The notes: generated by a model from the letters alone, not told the origin. A DNA stretch of 63,563 nt, filler included, from Rhabdomonas costata (GCA_019059605.1; 57 parts of 57 records of this genome joined end to end with filler, not necessarily neighbours in it); one strand, 5' to 3'. Positions 26,578 to 39,984 are shown, numbered from the whole stretch's first letter. Program-made: numbers and translations.

Positions 26578-29500
26578 GCTGGGTTTGAACACTGGCACGG
26601 GTACTGTCAGGCACACACAAATGCACACACTATTTTGGGGAGCAGCTGGTCGCTGCTCGGCCGCTGATGGCCCTTTGGCGCGGCGTCTCCCTTCAAGCCT
26701 CTCCTCTCCTCACCCACCACNNNNNNNNNNNNNNNNNNNNNNNNNNNNNNNNNNNNNNNNNNNNTTAATTAATTAANNNNNNNNNNNNNNNNNNNNNNNN
26801 NNNNNNNNNNNNNNNNNNNNGTCGAGGTGTGTGTGTGTGTGTGTGTGTGTTTTATTTAGTGGACCCACACCACACAAGAAGAAGAGACGATGGGTTCTTC
26901 GGGCGCTTTCCGGATTTTCAGTGCTCCTTAAGGAAAATGTGTTATCTTTGCCACTTTGCTAAATAACTGCACTGAGCTTGCGTTTCACCTTCTTTTTGCA
27001 GGAGGTTCATTGATATTGGCCAGGCCGCTCTCGCGCCCGCTGAGCATTCGTTTCCGAAAGCTTTTCAGAGGTCTGGGCGCCCCTCCTCTCCCTATTCTGT
27101 CGTGCGTCCGGCGCTTTTGTAAGCCTTTTTCTTCTGTTTTTGTAAGCCCTTCGAGTCGTCCGGACACAAGCGAGCCTGCCCAGTCTCGGCTTCCCAGAGC
27201 GGATGAGGGCAATTCGGCTGAAATCCTTGTTCTTGCTGTACCTCAAGTTACACTACCGGTGTGCTGTTGTTTGCATTTGCTTGTGAATAAAAATTGGCTC
27301 AGCATCTGTTTGCTGTTATCCCTTTTCTTATAGCCGGAGCTGCCGCAGTTTGTGAGTGTCTTGCTCGCCAGAAACACGATTGCTGATGTTGGGGAGTTGG
27401 TGGTGAGGCTGTTTTGAGCTGCAGCTACCGCTTTGCGGACTCTTGCGCCCTGTATACGCATGTGACTCTGACTGATTGTACTCGTAGTTCTTCCTGAGTG
27501 CCAACCGTTAAGACGTTTTTGGGACCGTTCTTTTTCTTTGGAGGTCCTTAATGACCAGAAAGGTTATCCACAGCCCAACAAGCTTACTTTCACTCCCTGA
27601 TGATTAAATACCCAATTTTAAGTTTAATTTTTAATTTTAAGACGGATTTTTGCTCTGTTCCTGCTTTTTTTTTGCTGCAAATTATTGCCTTTCCTTTCGT
27701 ACAAACTGTACAAACTGTGAACAATGTTGTGGCTGTTTGTGTAGGGATGTCGTTTTCACCAAGGCTGGTCTGATCACTGGTAAAGGGCCAGACTGCTGCA
27801 CAACTCTACCCCCACACACCCAACCACACCCAACGCANNNNNNNNNNNNNNNNNNNNNNNNNNNNNNNNNNNNNNNNNNNNTTAATTAATTAANNNNNNN
27901 NNNNNNNNNNNNNNNNNNNNNNNNNNNNNNNNNNNNNGCCACGACCCAATATAGCCACCTTGACACACACAACACTCTGACTCGCCCCGTCGGTTATCGG
28001 TTCGTTGCAGCTGGTGGACTTGAGCTTGGACAGGTGGACCGCACCTTGAACCGTTCATCCAGGGCCTAAAGGACCGTATGAAGGCCCTAAATATCTGAAG
28101 AATACAACCCCTACTTTAGAGAGCGAAAGGTGGCCACAAAAATATAAATGATTGCTGGAATTTGTATGGAGTGAGATAGTGTAATGTGTTTGCGTGTTGA
28201 CTGGAGTTGTGCAGTTGGGGTCGCAAGTATCCGTTTCCCTTAAACGTAGACTAGAAAGCAAATACCGTTAGAAGCCAGGCACCACAACGCTAGGAGTGGG
28301 GGTATAAGCACCGCAGGTAGGATGGGCATAACGAGCGGAGCGACGAAAGCGTAGTGCGTGTGCTGGAGGCCTTCGGAACCTTCACCCTGACCGACGACCA
28401 TCAAAAGCCGCTTGCGCCGCCCTCCGTGAGGCTATCTTGGAGACCTCCTGTCCCTGATCGCCCTCGCAGGCGCTTGATCGAGCGAGACCCCCCCCCTGTC
28501 GTGTGATGTTTTGGCACACTACCATTTTGTGGTGGGAAACGGACGTTTCCGAAGGAAATATGTTTTTTTGTAAAGGTCTCCCTAATCACTGTCCCTATCT
28601 ATCTCAAGCAGTCATCAAGTCTGCAGTCTTGCTTCAAGTGGCATGGAAGCTGGGGAATTATTCCCCAGGTACCTCTTCACTGAAGTAAATGCGTCCTTCT
28701 CTGCAACGGCAGTGCTCCCCCAAACAAAGGTTGTCTGTTGGCCCTCTCCTCCAGATGCAGAAAGTCTGCAATGTGTGGGGGCACGCGGGAGTTGATTATC
28801 GGAGTTTAACCTTTTTTTTTATGAAATGACGAGCCTATCAATGGGGTGGCTCCGGGTTGCTTTTGCATCTTTTGTTGTCGCCATGCTGAGAGGACAGAAG
28901 AGCGTGGGGAAGCAGCCCGTAGAGCGCGAGCCTCCGGAGGGGACGTCGAGGACGNNNNNNNNNNNNNNNNNNNNNNNNNNNNNNNNNNNNNNNNNNNNTT
29001 AATTAATTAANNNNNNNNNNNNNNNNNNNNNNNNNNNNNNNNNNNNNNNNNNNNGGGGTGGGGGCGGGCAGTCCAAGGCCTGGACCCGCAGGGGCGGGGA
29101 CTCCGCGGCCCATGGCAGAGGCGTGCCGGCGCTGAGCTGCATCCCACCCCACAGCACCACGCAAACGGCTACCAGTGCAATCCCAGGAGCCTAATGTAAG
29201 CAAGCTGTACTGTCGTTGAACATAGTTCTTGTGCATGAGTGGAGACGATGGGACGGCAAGCAGGACAATTCAACTCGTCACCCTCCCCATTTTCAGAAAG
29301 TTGGTGGACCCCCCCATCCAGTGCGATTATTCTAACTTTATATATGTATGGGGAACGTGGGTCAATCCCTCAGATCTGAAGGATGCGAGCAAGAGCCAAA
29401 AACGCAGAAACACACATCCGCTCAATCTCCTGGCTAAGGTCGTGTGTGGTGGTGAATGGGCGGGTGAGAATGGGTGTGCCTCCTGCGTTTAGAATGGCAA

Positions 29501-30326
29501 CGCACGAACCTCGGAGGTAGTCCTCGTCAGATTGAAACGTGACCTTCTCAAAGACTTTTCGGTGAAGCTCCTCTCGGGCTGCAGGGAAAATTGAAAATAC
29601 ACAGGGAAAACAGGCCACGCCCAGATGCAGAGAAAAAGAGGTAACCCAAGTGACCGTCCTCAGACTGGCCACAACCCTGTCGGACGGCAGACTGTCGGAA
29701 GAGCTGCACAACCCCGGGTAGCAGAGATGCCGGGAGGAGCAGCGTCTACGAGAATGACTAAGGGGGCGTGGAAACAGCAACGCAGCAAAACAGGGACGCT
29801 GCACCTGAATTGGTCAGCTCGTTTATCCCAAAATCGGCGCCTCTGTCAAACCTACCGCTCCGTACACTACCCACACAGTAAATTGTACTTCACTTCATAA
29901 AATTGTACGAGTTGATAAATTCTCGAGGTGCTCTGAGAATATTTTCTTGATGGCTTTTCAACCTTGGGCTACGGTGAACGTACACATTTTCTATTGGCTC
30001 ATTTAACGAATATATTAGTTTCGGTGTCCATGGGAGAGGTAGAGGGAGCCAGCGTTCAGACCACACCAACNNNNNNNNNNNNNNNNNNNNNNNNNNNNNN
30101 NNNNNNNNNNNNNNTTAATTAATTAANNNNNNNNNNNNNNNNNNNNNNNNNNNNNNNNNNNNNNNNNNNNGGTGTGCATAAAGTTGAGGATGGGTGAGGA
30201 TGGGAAAGCTGTGCTCAGCGCAGTTAGTCCCGATTCAGCACCATTTCAAAAACTGCAGCGCGAAGGGAAAAGAAGAGATTCCACATTCAACAGAATGGCG
30301 AGCCACGTGCGCTAGCACACAGACAC

Positions 30327-30469
30327 CTGCACTTGGCGGGTGACGTGCTGAGTCACGTGGTGCGGCACGGTCACCGTGCTTTGCACAACGCGCTCCACTG
30401 GGTACGGCACCTGGCGGGTCACGACCTTCTCCACGGGCACGATGCGCTCCCGCTCGATCACCTCCACAA
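30327..30469 (-). CDS. Articulin/epiplasmin-like cortical (pellicle) protein exon
   Basis: VVEVIERERIVPVEKVVTRQVPYPVERVVQSTVTVPHHVTQHVTRQVQ has the VPV/VPYPVE charged repeat and AG/GT borders. Confidence 0.78.
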
Positions 30470-31339
30470 CTGCGCAAAACACACAGAAAGGACATGCATC
30501 ATCAATCATGAATTATCAATCACCTCCACGACTGCCCACGATAGCAGAGTTAAATGCGCAAACACGTGGGGGCGATGCAGGTGTAAAGTTGATCCCACTG
30601 AACTCCACGGAACCAGGCCCACCCACACTCTGCATGCATTCCAAATTACATCCCCACAAGGCACTTCGTTTCCCCCTTCAAAGCCCTCTACGCGGTCATT
30701 CAAAGCATACTTCGCTGCCGCTGCACGGGGACATAGTCCACCTCATTGAACACCTGCCAAAAATCAAGAAAAATAGAAGAACAGAAAATCCCCATATGAC
30801 CTCCGATCCAAAATATGCACGGCGCCTTGGGAACCCCGACTGGAGCGTTTAGAGCCTTCTTCGTATGTGCACCCACACACACACATACACACACACACGA
30901 ACCTTGCGGTCAACTGAGCGGCTGTTGACGATGGGGCCGTGGGCTGTGGGGCGCCCAATCACGGTCGCCGGCAGAGCAGAGGAGGGCCACCCGCCCGCGG
31001 CAAAGGGTGCACACTGCATTTGGGCCGGGTAGTTTCGAAAAGAAAAAGGTTGGAAGGGAAAAACGAGGGCAAGCCTCTGCTGTGAGCGAACGGAAAACAA
31101 GAAACAGAAGGAGAAGGAGAAGGAGAAGGAAAATTAGCGGGGGTTCCCTCGTTTTTCCCTTCCAACCTTTTTCTTTTCAAAACAACCNNNNNNNNNNNNN
31201 NNNNNNNNNNNNNNNNNNNNNNNNNNNNNNNTTAATTAATTAANNNNNNNNNNNNNNNNNNNNNNNNNNNNNNNNNNNNNNNNNNNNACAATGAGGGGCG
31301 GAGGCAGGGCTGGGGGGGGGGCATAAGCAAAGGAGAGAC

Positions 31340-31773
31340 CAACGTGGTGACCCGCGTCGGTGCGGGCCATCTGTGGGCACGAGAAATTGAGCTCCAGAAT
31401 CTGCGCCCCAGCCAGCTCGGAGGCACGGGCAAGCTCCGCCCACTCCTTCGGCGAAAACCCCATGATGGACACGCCAACCACCTTGCTCGGATACCTGTTG
31501 GGATCGTCCCATGCCATGAAAAAATCGCCCTCTCAACAGAAAAAGGCCCATGACGTGATCACGTCCATGATCAACTTTGCGCGCAGTTGAATCCTGGAAA
31601 ACCAAGCTAAGTGATACCTCTTTCGTAAAACAGAGATGTCGATCAAATTGTCGCGCAAGGGGCGGTCCGAGATCTGCTCGACATTTTGCAGCCCCACACC
31701 CATCCGCTGCCCACCCATTCCGTGCACACAGCCCAGCCGCGGAGAGGGGTGATAGATCGTGAAGCCGCTGTCA
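31340..31773 (-). CDS. preA: Dihydropyrimidine dehydrogenase FMN domain, PreA-like (exons 31773-31618 and 31494-31340)
   Basis: PSPRL...GLQNVEQISDRPLRDNLIDISVLRKR|YPSKVVGVSIMGFSPKEWAELARASELAGAQILELNFSCPQM...HVG includes the catalytic NFSCP loop; GT-AG intron. Confidence 0.88.
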
Positions 31774-32435
31774 CTGTTGAGGGTCTGCCCCACCCCATGC
31801 CCACACAGTCATATCTAAGTCCAAGTGAGCAAGGTGTTCTCACAAAGTGTTCTACATTTTCACATCAAAACGGTAAGCAGGTATCCACAATTCAGTGACC
31901 AGGATCAGTCCGCCAACGATCGGTCCCTAGTGCCGCTCCGCACCGATATTGCTTGCCCTTTTTTACTTTTTTACTTTTTTTACTGAGTGTAATCATTTTT
32001 TTCGGTTTGGTTCCCTGACGAAGCTTTGCTGTTTTTCTGCTTTTTCTTGGGTGGTGTGAAATCCGTATAAGAAAAAAGAAGCCTGTCTCTCGATTTCTCT
32101 CTTGTGCCAGCATGGCGATTCGTTTCTTTTCTTTTTGGCTCCCCCACTTGCATCGAAAAAAATCACACTGTTGAGCTGCAGGCACTGGGTCCCACAAACA
32201 CTGAAGACAATCACATCCTCCCCCACTTGACATGAAAACGTACAAGTGAGAGTTAGATTCCAGAACAGAATCTAGACTGCAAGGCAATGGTGGTACAAAC
32301 ACCCNNNNNNNNNNNNNNNNNNNNNNNNNNNNNNNNNNNNNNNNNNNNTTAATTAATTAANNNNNNNNNNNNNNNNNNNNNNNNNNNNNNNNNNNNNNNN
32401 NNNNTGTGTGTGGGGTGTGTGTGTGCGCGCTTCAG

Positions 32436-33202
32436 GAATCAACGGCTGGGGCACCCAGGCCCAGCTTGAGCAGGGCATTAAGGACAGCGAGGGGCTGTTT
32501 GAACGGGACACCTACCTTTCCGGTCACGGCGGGACGTGCGGATTCAGCTGCGTCAGGATGCTTTCCACAAGGGCTGCGGAGGCCGTGGCGTGGCTGCGGG
32601 AGGAGTTCGGCATCCCCCTCACGGTGCTGATTGTTTTGGTGGACTGTCTTGCATTCTCTGGAAATATTTGTTTATGTACCTTTATGAGCAAGAACAGATG
32701 GCAGTTGCTGGGGATGGGTTGCTGTCCATTTCCATTCCATTTTTTCATGTTGTTGTTCATGTTAGCATCGGATTCCAGCTTTTGCCGTTCTCCTTGATGT
32801 CGCAGGATGTCGCTCTACATTTTTGGTTCTGATTAGTATACCATGGGTGGTTATCGATTGTATGGGCGAAAGGAGCCGCTTTTTTTTTTGCACTGGGATG
32901 GGACACAGGTATGGTTATTCAGATTTCGGGATATTCGGCGGTTGGATGAACTCTGACGCCCACAGCACGCCTAAAGTTCAACAAGTTCAACCAAATTGGA
33001 CCCGCTCCTCATACTCCTCGTGTTGCTTTTGGAGAGATGCTTCGAGTTTGGCAGTTCTTGGCAGCCCCTTGTCTTCCTCACAGGTCCTCTCTCAGTGTGG
33101 CGGGCATTGCCGGCCTCGCACCCACCGGGCCCCGGACAGGACCGACGGCACACCCCCCCCAATTGGCTGGGACATCATGAGCGTTCTGACGAGCCACATC
33201 AA
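32436..33202 (+). CDS. Soluble fumarate reductase / flavocytochrome c family flavoprotein (exons 32436-32623 and 33084-33202)
   Basis: GINGWGTQAQLEQGIKDSEGLFERDTYLSG...AAEAVAWLREEFGIPLT|VLSQCGGHCRPRTHR...PPIGWDIM matches the Osm1/FRD SGIN...DS...F..DT and GGH...RTHR motifs. Confidence 0.88.
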
Positions 33203-33703
33203 GTCCTTTTTTTTTGGGGAGGAAAAGTTGGGTGGCATGAAAAGCCTATTTGCAACTGTGTTGCACGGTCCCTTTTTGTAATTTGGTCTATGCGTTGTGA
33301 ATCGTCAGGTCATGTCATCTTGCATCGAATGTCGATTAAATCGGTCAGTAGATCAATCGATTAAAGCAACCAGAAGATATGGAGGCACATGCGGGGTGAA
33401 AGGAAGAGCATTTCCTGCAACNNNNNNNNNNNNNNNNNNNNNNNNNNNNNNNNNNNNNNNNNNNNTTAATTAATTAANNNNNNNNNNNNNNNNNNNNNNN
33501 NNNNNNNNNNNNNNNNNNNNNTGTTGTTCTGTGCCGGCTTTGCTTGGTCGTGCGTTTCTTGTTTCGTGATTGTGGCATTGTGGCAGACACGGTAATGTAT
33601 AGAATGCACCACACTTCTCAGTGAGGTTCTTTAAGAACGCAGACGTTGCGTTCGGGAGGTTTGTGGAGAATTGGGAAAAGTCACTGGATCTTTTTCTGAT
33701 CAG

Positions 33704-34265
33704 CTCGTCGACGTCTTTAACGCACGGACGCGAACCTTTGTCGACCAGAAGATGGTTGAGCTGGACCAGTGGCTGAGCATCAGGCACCGGGAGCACTCCC
33801 GGCGAGCTCCAGACCTGGTACACGTCTCCCCCACCCCAAACCTTTCGCTTAGATCCCGTTTTCATCTGTTTTCCTCACCTTCTCAAGATTTGAAATAATG
33901 AGGCTCACGGGCTGCTTTATCGTGCGCATGCCTCCATTGGAGAAACCACGCACATTCTTCTACTTCCAGGAATGAAATTGTCGTCGTCGTCATCACCATC
34001 ATCATCAGTGTGCTCGTCCTCGCCATCAAACAGTGTTTGGTTTGTAGCAAAGCACTGGGTTCTCCTGTCCTCTGTGCGTGGATGTGTATGACGGTGTGGG
34101 TGGTTCGCCACAGGAGAGTGCGGTGATCCTGGCACGAAAGCGAGAACTGCTGGAGATCTCCGAGGATCTGAGCCGCCAGAGTCAGTGGCTGACCGCCAGG
34201 CTGACAGGCAGCGTGGAGACCATCCGTGGGGACCTCGCCCGCCTGCGCACGGAAATCACTGACAG
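33704..34265 (+). CDS. Coiled-coil hypothetical protein (exons 33704-33817 and 34114 to about 34265)
   Basis: LVDVFNARTRTFVDQKMVELDQWLSIRHREHSRRAPDL|ESAVILARKRELLEISEDLSRQSQWLTARLTGSVETIRGDLARLRTEITD joins in frame across a GT-AG intron. Confidence 0.55.
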
Positions 34266-34638
34266 GCGCGAGCTGGCTCTCTTTTTCCCTCCTGTGATGC
34301 GTGAATGCGCTTTGTGAACGCAGCATCATGTTTCGCCTTTGTGTGTCGAAGCGGCACCTTCTGTTGTTCTTGTCGCCAATCGGATGGAGGACTGATTTTT
34401 GTGTAATATGATGCCCTTCATGAATACAACCACTGCGTTCAATTACTTTGATGTCCAATGGCCCGCGGGATTCCGAAGTGGACGTTTGGATTAATGTCTC
34501 AAGCTTGTGTTGCTCTCTTTGGTGGGAAAGTGAGGAAGNNNNNNNNNNNNNNNNNNNNNNNNNNNNNNNNNNNNNNNNNNNNTTAATTAATTAANNNNNN
34601 NNNNNNNNNNNNNNNNNNNNNNNNNNNNNNNNNNNNNN

Positions 34639-35580
34639 TGGCAATATTGTCCTGAACGGTCGTGTTGTACCCGCCGATCACCCACAGCTTGCCCAGGAAG
34701 GGTACCACCCCGGGGCTACTGCGGCTCGGGAAGCTCCCTGAGCCATGGAATGCCCACGTGGCACCGGTGGCGTCAGCGGTGGAGTACACCTGCAGGGGAA
34801 ACAGCATAACAGAAATTGGCGAACGCCAAACTTACCATCGACCAGGTCGTATGGACGACGGATTCAACTGGGAAGAAGAGAAGGAAAAGTCATGCAACGA
34901 CAAAGAATAGGGAACACAACACCGCGCAGAACGGGCGAATGATTTCTTGGTTTGGCGGAGGATGAAGGATGGGGGGACCTGTACGATGGAGCGGAGATAA
35001 CAAAGAAGAAAGCGGTCAGCGCAAACCTCGAAGGCAGAAATATAGGGTGAGATACTTGGAATAAGGGTTAGAGGGTTACAGTTATCTGGAATAAGGGTGA
35101 CGATGAGCCAGCACCAGCTGGGACACTGCCCGGCGAGATCCAACCATTTATCTGCACTGAAAGCAGCACTTGGGCAGGTTAGTTGGCAGCGGACCGCGGT
35201 GGCGGGTGACTCCCGTGGTACGAATCAAAGATAGTTCGGGCACTGCCCGAGGTAGAAAAAGGAATGTACAAATGCACAAACACCTACCTCATCGAAAGCC
35301 CGGGATAAAATATCTTCGCCCCCAACGACGTAGGCACGAGACCCCAACACCCCGCAGCCCACCCCACTCCGCTCCGAACTGAAGGCGTCGGTGGTGCTCT
35401 GCGTCCACGACAGCCCGTCCCTGCTCCACAGCACATCGCTGAGGAGGCTATTGGACACCTCAACATCTCTCCCCGCGATCATCAGCAGCACATCCCCGAA
35501 GGTCATTGTGCAGTGCTCCGTTCGGAGGTACGCCCACGAAGGCGTTGCAGTCGGCACCACGGCGGTCCAGGAGTACAACG
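34639..35580 (-). CDS. Kelch-like beta-propeller protein with Asp-box-like SxDGxxW repeats (exons 35580-35288 and 34789-34639)
   Basis: LLMIAG...DVLWSRDGLSWTQ...RAYVVGGED...DE|VYSTADATGATW...FPSRSSPGVVPFLGKLWVIGGY. Confidence 0.8.
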
Positions 35581-36351
35581 CTGTGGGACAGCACCCCAAG
35601 TGTACACGACAGTCCCAACTCGCACCTTACCCATGTTCTAAGCTGCAAAACCAACNNNNNNNNNNNNNNNNNNNNNNNNNNNNNNNNNNNNNNNNNNNNT
35701 TAATTAATTAANNNNNNNNNNNNNNNNNNNNNNNNNNNNNNNNNNNNNNNNNNNNCTGCACTGGCGCCGCATGGGAATCTGGAGCTGACGTTGAGTTTCG
35801 GAATGAAAGGATGCCGAAAGGACGAAGGTCAACCAGAAAGAACCGGTGAGGCACTAGTCTTCTTGCGAAGTCCAAAAATGCCTGCTTTCGAGTGTCCTTT
35901 TTCGGTTGTGACTTTTGAGCTGATGCGGAAAATTTACTCTGGGTAACACACCGTTAGCTCAGGGCCTTCCTTCTTGGGGGTGCTTGGGCGGCAGACGTTG
36001 GAGAACAGATCTCTCGGGTGGCCCACTACCCACCGCAGCGACTGAACGAAGGCAATCAAGCAAAGCGAAAAAACACAGCATCAGTTGACGCTGTCATTCG
36101 GAGTCACGAAAGTGCGGCAACTTTCAGCAATATTGATTGATGGCGGGAAGTGAAGTCAAGATTACCTTCCCCCTCCTCCCACATTGCCTGTCCGGTCTGT
36201 TTTGAAACAGAGGGCGAGGTCAGTTGCGCCCAAAGAAAAATCTGAGTATTTCAGGTGTTTAGTTGAGGTCATAAGTCCAAAAATGGAGCTGACGCTTGTC
36301 TTTGGCGGACCAGTGGGAATGGTTTAGTTAAACAGGTGACCGTACCCGTAC

Positions 36352-36519
36352 GGACACAGCGAACGGCACAAAGTTTGCGATACCCATGGCGGTACAGAAG
36401 AAAGCGAGAGTCTTAATGGTCGGCGGCCCATAAGAAAGGCGAATACCGACCAAAAACGTGACCGATGCGACCCAGAGATGCAAACAGATCAGAATCCGCC
36501 AATCCCAGGCGGTTGCCAT
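36352..36519 (-). CDS. First exon of a hypothetical membrane protein
   Basis: MATAWDWRILICLHLWVASVTFLVGIRLSYGPPTIKTLAFFCTAMGIANFVPFAVS|GTAC has two hydrophobic segments. Confidence 0.45.
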
Positions 36520-39291
36520 GGAGGAGAATTGCGAGGGCAACACACTGAGCGAGAGGGGTCCGATTTGCGCCGCTTTTGAGCTTCTGGTACAGCAGGGCAC
36601 AGCCGGTCGACCCACGCTTCTGGTTTGGCCCCCTCCGGCTGTTGGGCAAAAATCAAGGTAAGACAGCTGCCACGTAAGCTGATAACTGTACCCCAATAAA
36701 TGGTTGTAAAAAAGAGTCTTCGGCGCATCATCCACTTCACAGTGGGCCATAGCTAACTCTTTTCATTACCCCNNNNNNNNNNNNNNNNNNNNNNNNNNNN
36801 NNNNNNNNNNNNNNNNTTAATTAATTAANNNNNNNNNNNNNNNNNNNNNNNNNNNNNNNNNNNNNNNNNNNNGGTGGCGGTCTCTGCCACCTCTGCCCTT
36901 GCTGTGGGCCCCGGCGCTCACATCGCCCTGGGGCCTGGCACCCTTCTCGCGGTGATGGCCTCAGCCAGTGCCGGGCCTGTGCTATGGTCTGGCGCCTCGG
37001 TGGCAGGCCAGGGCACACTTCGACTTAGCGGCATCAGCTTCCGGGTTTTTTGTACGAGAGGAGGGGAGGGTACTAGCTCCGGGATGCCGTGCAATGGCCT
37101 TCTGAATTAAAGTTCGACTGCTATTCACTGCTTTACCCATTGCAATAGACGAAAGGTTCGCCTGGTTGTTTTCTTCTTTGCGGCTTGCCCTCTCCTCCTG
37201 TTCCTTTATTGGATCCATGGTCGAGACGCTTCACTTTATTTCTTCAGCTGATTCGGAACCACAACCCTGCAATCGCTTTTCACGAAATTTTGGACCAGAT
37301 TTCAGGTGATGGCTGATGTCCTCTCCCTGCGGCAATGTCTTTGCGCCATCCGGCCTAAGGACAATCTCGCTGTGGAGTGCCTGTGGGCCCGTTGGTTGAG
37401 TGCTCTGTTGGAGGGCGGGGTGCCTCAGGTTGTGAGGATGCTCTTTAATGTCTCCTTGGAGGTGACTCGTGAACTCCCTGCCACACCGGTGTCCACCGCA
37501 CGCTCCCGCAGCCCCAACCATGTGTTCGGGTCTGCTGGTGCAGCGGACGCCGTGGCGCTGGTGCGAGCGTGCGGGTGGTCGTCCGGCTCCCAGCCTCTGA
37601 GCCTGCTCCCCGGTGCCACCTTGGAGGTTCACCCTCCCTCGTGTCCAGAATGGTGCAACCATTTCTTGGCTTGATTTCCGAAGGGGTGAGGGTTTCGGGA
37701 GTCTGGTAAAGGTTTATAGCGATATACCCATATCTAACGTGCGAGGCGTGCGGCAGGGACAAGGGCCCATAACTTTTCAGTGACCCAGTGGCAACCCACA
37801 TGGTATGCTGGGGTTCCACCGGTTTTCATGCGCCCGTTCCCTGCCGCACGCCTCGCACGTTAGACATGGGTATATCGCTACAAACCACCNNNNNNNNNNN
37901 NNNNNNNNNNNNNNNNNNNNNNNNNNNNNNNNNTTAATTAATTAANNNNNNNNNNNNNNNNNNNNNNNNNNNNNNNNNNNNNNNNNNNNGAGGTTCCGGG
38001 TGTGGGGGTACACTGAAATACCATGATCCATGAGCCGACCTATGGGCAAGCCCCTGGGGGCCTACAGGCCGGAGGGGGGTACCCCGGTAGCCCTCATCTA
38101 ATGCTCAGTTTATCACTGCACCCCCACATGTGCGTACGGGGGATCATCACAACCCCCCGCCTGGGGTGAAGCCGATTTCTAGGAACCGGTGGACACGCTT
38201 GCTTGCTTTCTTGCTTGATTGATTGCTTCACGAGAATCTCAGCCTCCCAGGCTGGCATAAATGTACCCACTGAAAAAAGGCAGGGCATACGCAGCTCGAT
38301 GATGGATTCAAGACATCTGTGTGAGAAGAGAAAACGAATAGAAAAGAGGACGGGTATTCCAACCACCAGCAAAGTGACTCGACATATTGCCTTTCGGAAT
38401 CCCCACCTTGCCTGTGTCAGTCAAAACGGAAAAACGGAAAAGTAGAAAGCACGTCCCATCGCTAGAACTCATTTGCAAACCAATTGCTTCGCCAAAATCA
38501 CGCAAAAACTTAGTGCGGCCGAGATCTGAAGAGGTGTTATGGCAGAGTTCGGCGTCTTTACAGTTTTTACTCTTTCCTCTTAAATTTACAACCAACATAT
38601 TAATCCAACCCGTGCATACTGGTGTGGGCAAGGAGAAATACCTGCGAGAAAGCAGCACCTCCCAGACTGGGCTTTCGACAAAGGCAGCGTGGATCCAATC
38701 TGTCTCCGTGGGGATGTCGCTCGGAGATTCAGGCTCCGCAGTAGTGCGGCCGATCCCCTGCGCATCAGGAGGACCCTCACTGCCCAACCGTCCTGGGGAT
38801 TGCGGAAGGGGATTCCCGCGTTCGCATCCCGCAGAAGTCTCCTCGTGGAACCCATCAAGCAGTCGTAAGTGCTGGTTCACGGAACCCTCACCACACTGCG
38901 GACGCCTTTTCATCGTTGAAGCAGAAGGAAGTCTGCATGAACAACAAAAAGGTCAACTGTCCAATTGCACGCCAGAACATGACCCTGCCGGGTGGATTAA
39001 CCCCAANNNNNNNNNNNNNNNNNNNNNNNNNNNNNNNNNNNNNNNNNNNNTTAATTAATTAANNNNNNNNNNNNNNNNNNNNNNNNNNNNNNNNNNNNNN
39101 NNNNNNTGTGGTGTGAAAGAGAGAGAGTGTGTGTAGGTATGCGCGGGTGTTCCGCGGTTGGCCAGAGACTTTCGTCTTGGGTGCAGGAAACTCGGGAGCC
39201 AAAACATATGTGTGTAGATAGTACAGTCTCACGGGGAGGTTGCCTCGGATCGATCCCAGCACCTCATCGCCTCATGTGATGTGCTCGCGCC

Positions 39292-39984
<693 letters not shown>

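Noticed and set aside
31029..31187. Inverted repeat flanking an (AGAAGG)n run
   Set aside because: Terminal position and fold-back signature.
35062..35100. Telomere-like AGGGTT units
   Set aside because: Few degenerate copies inside an intron; not a telomere.
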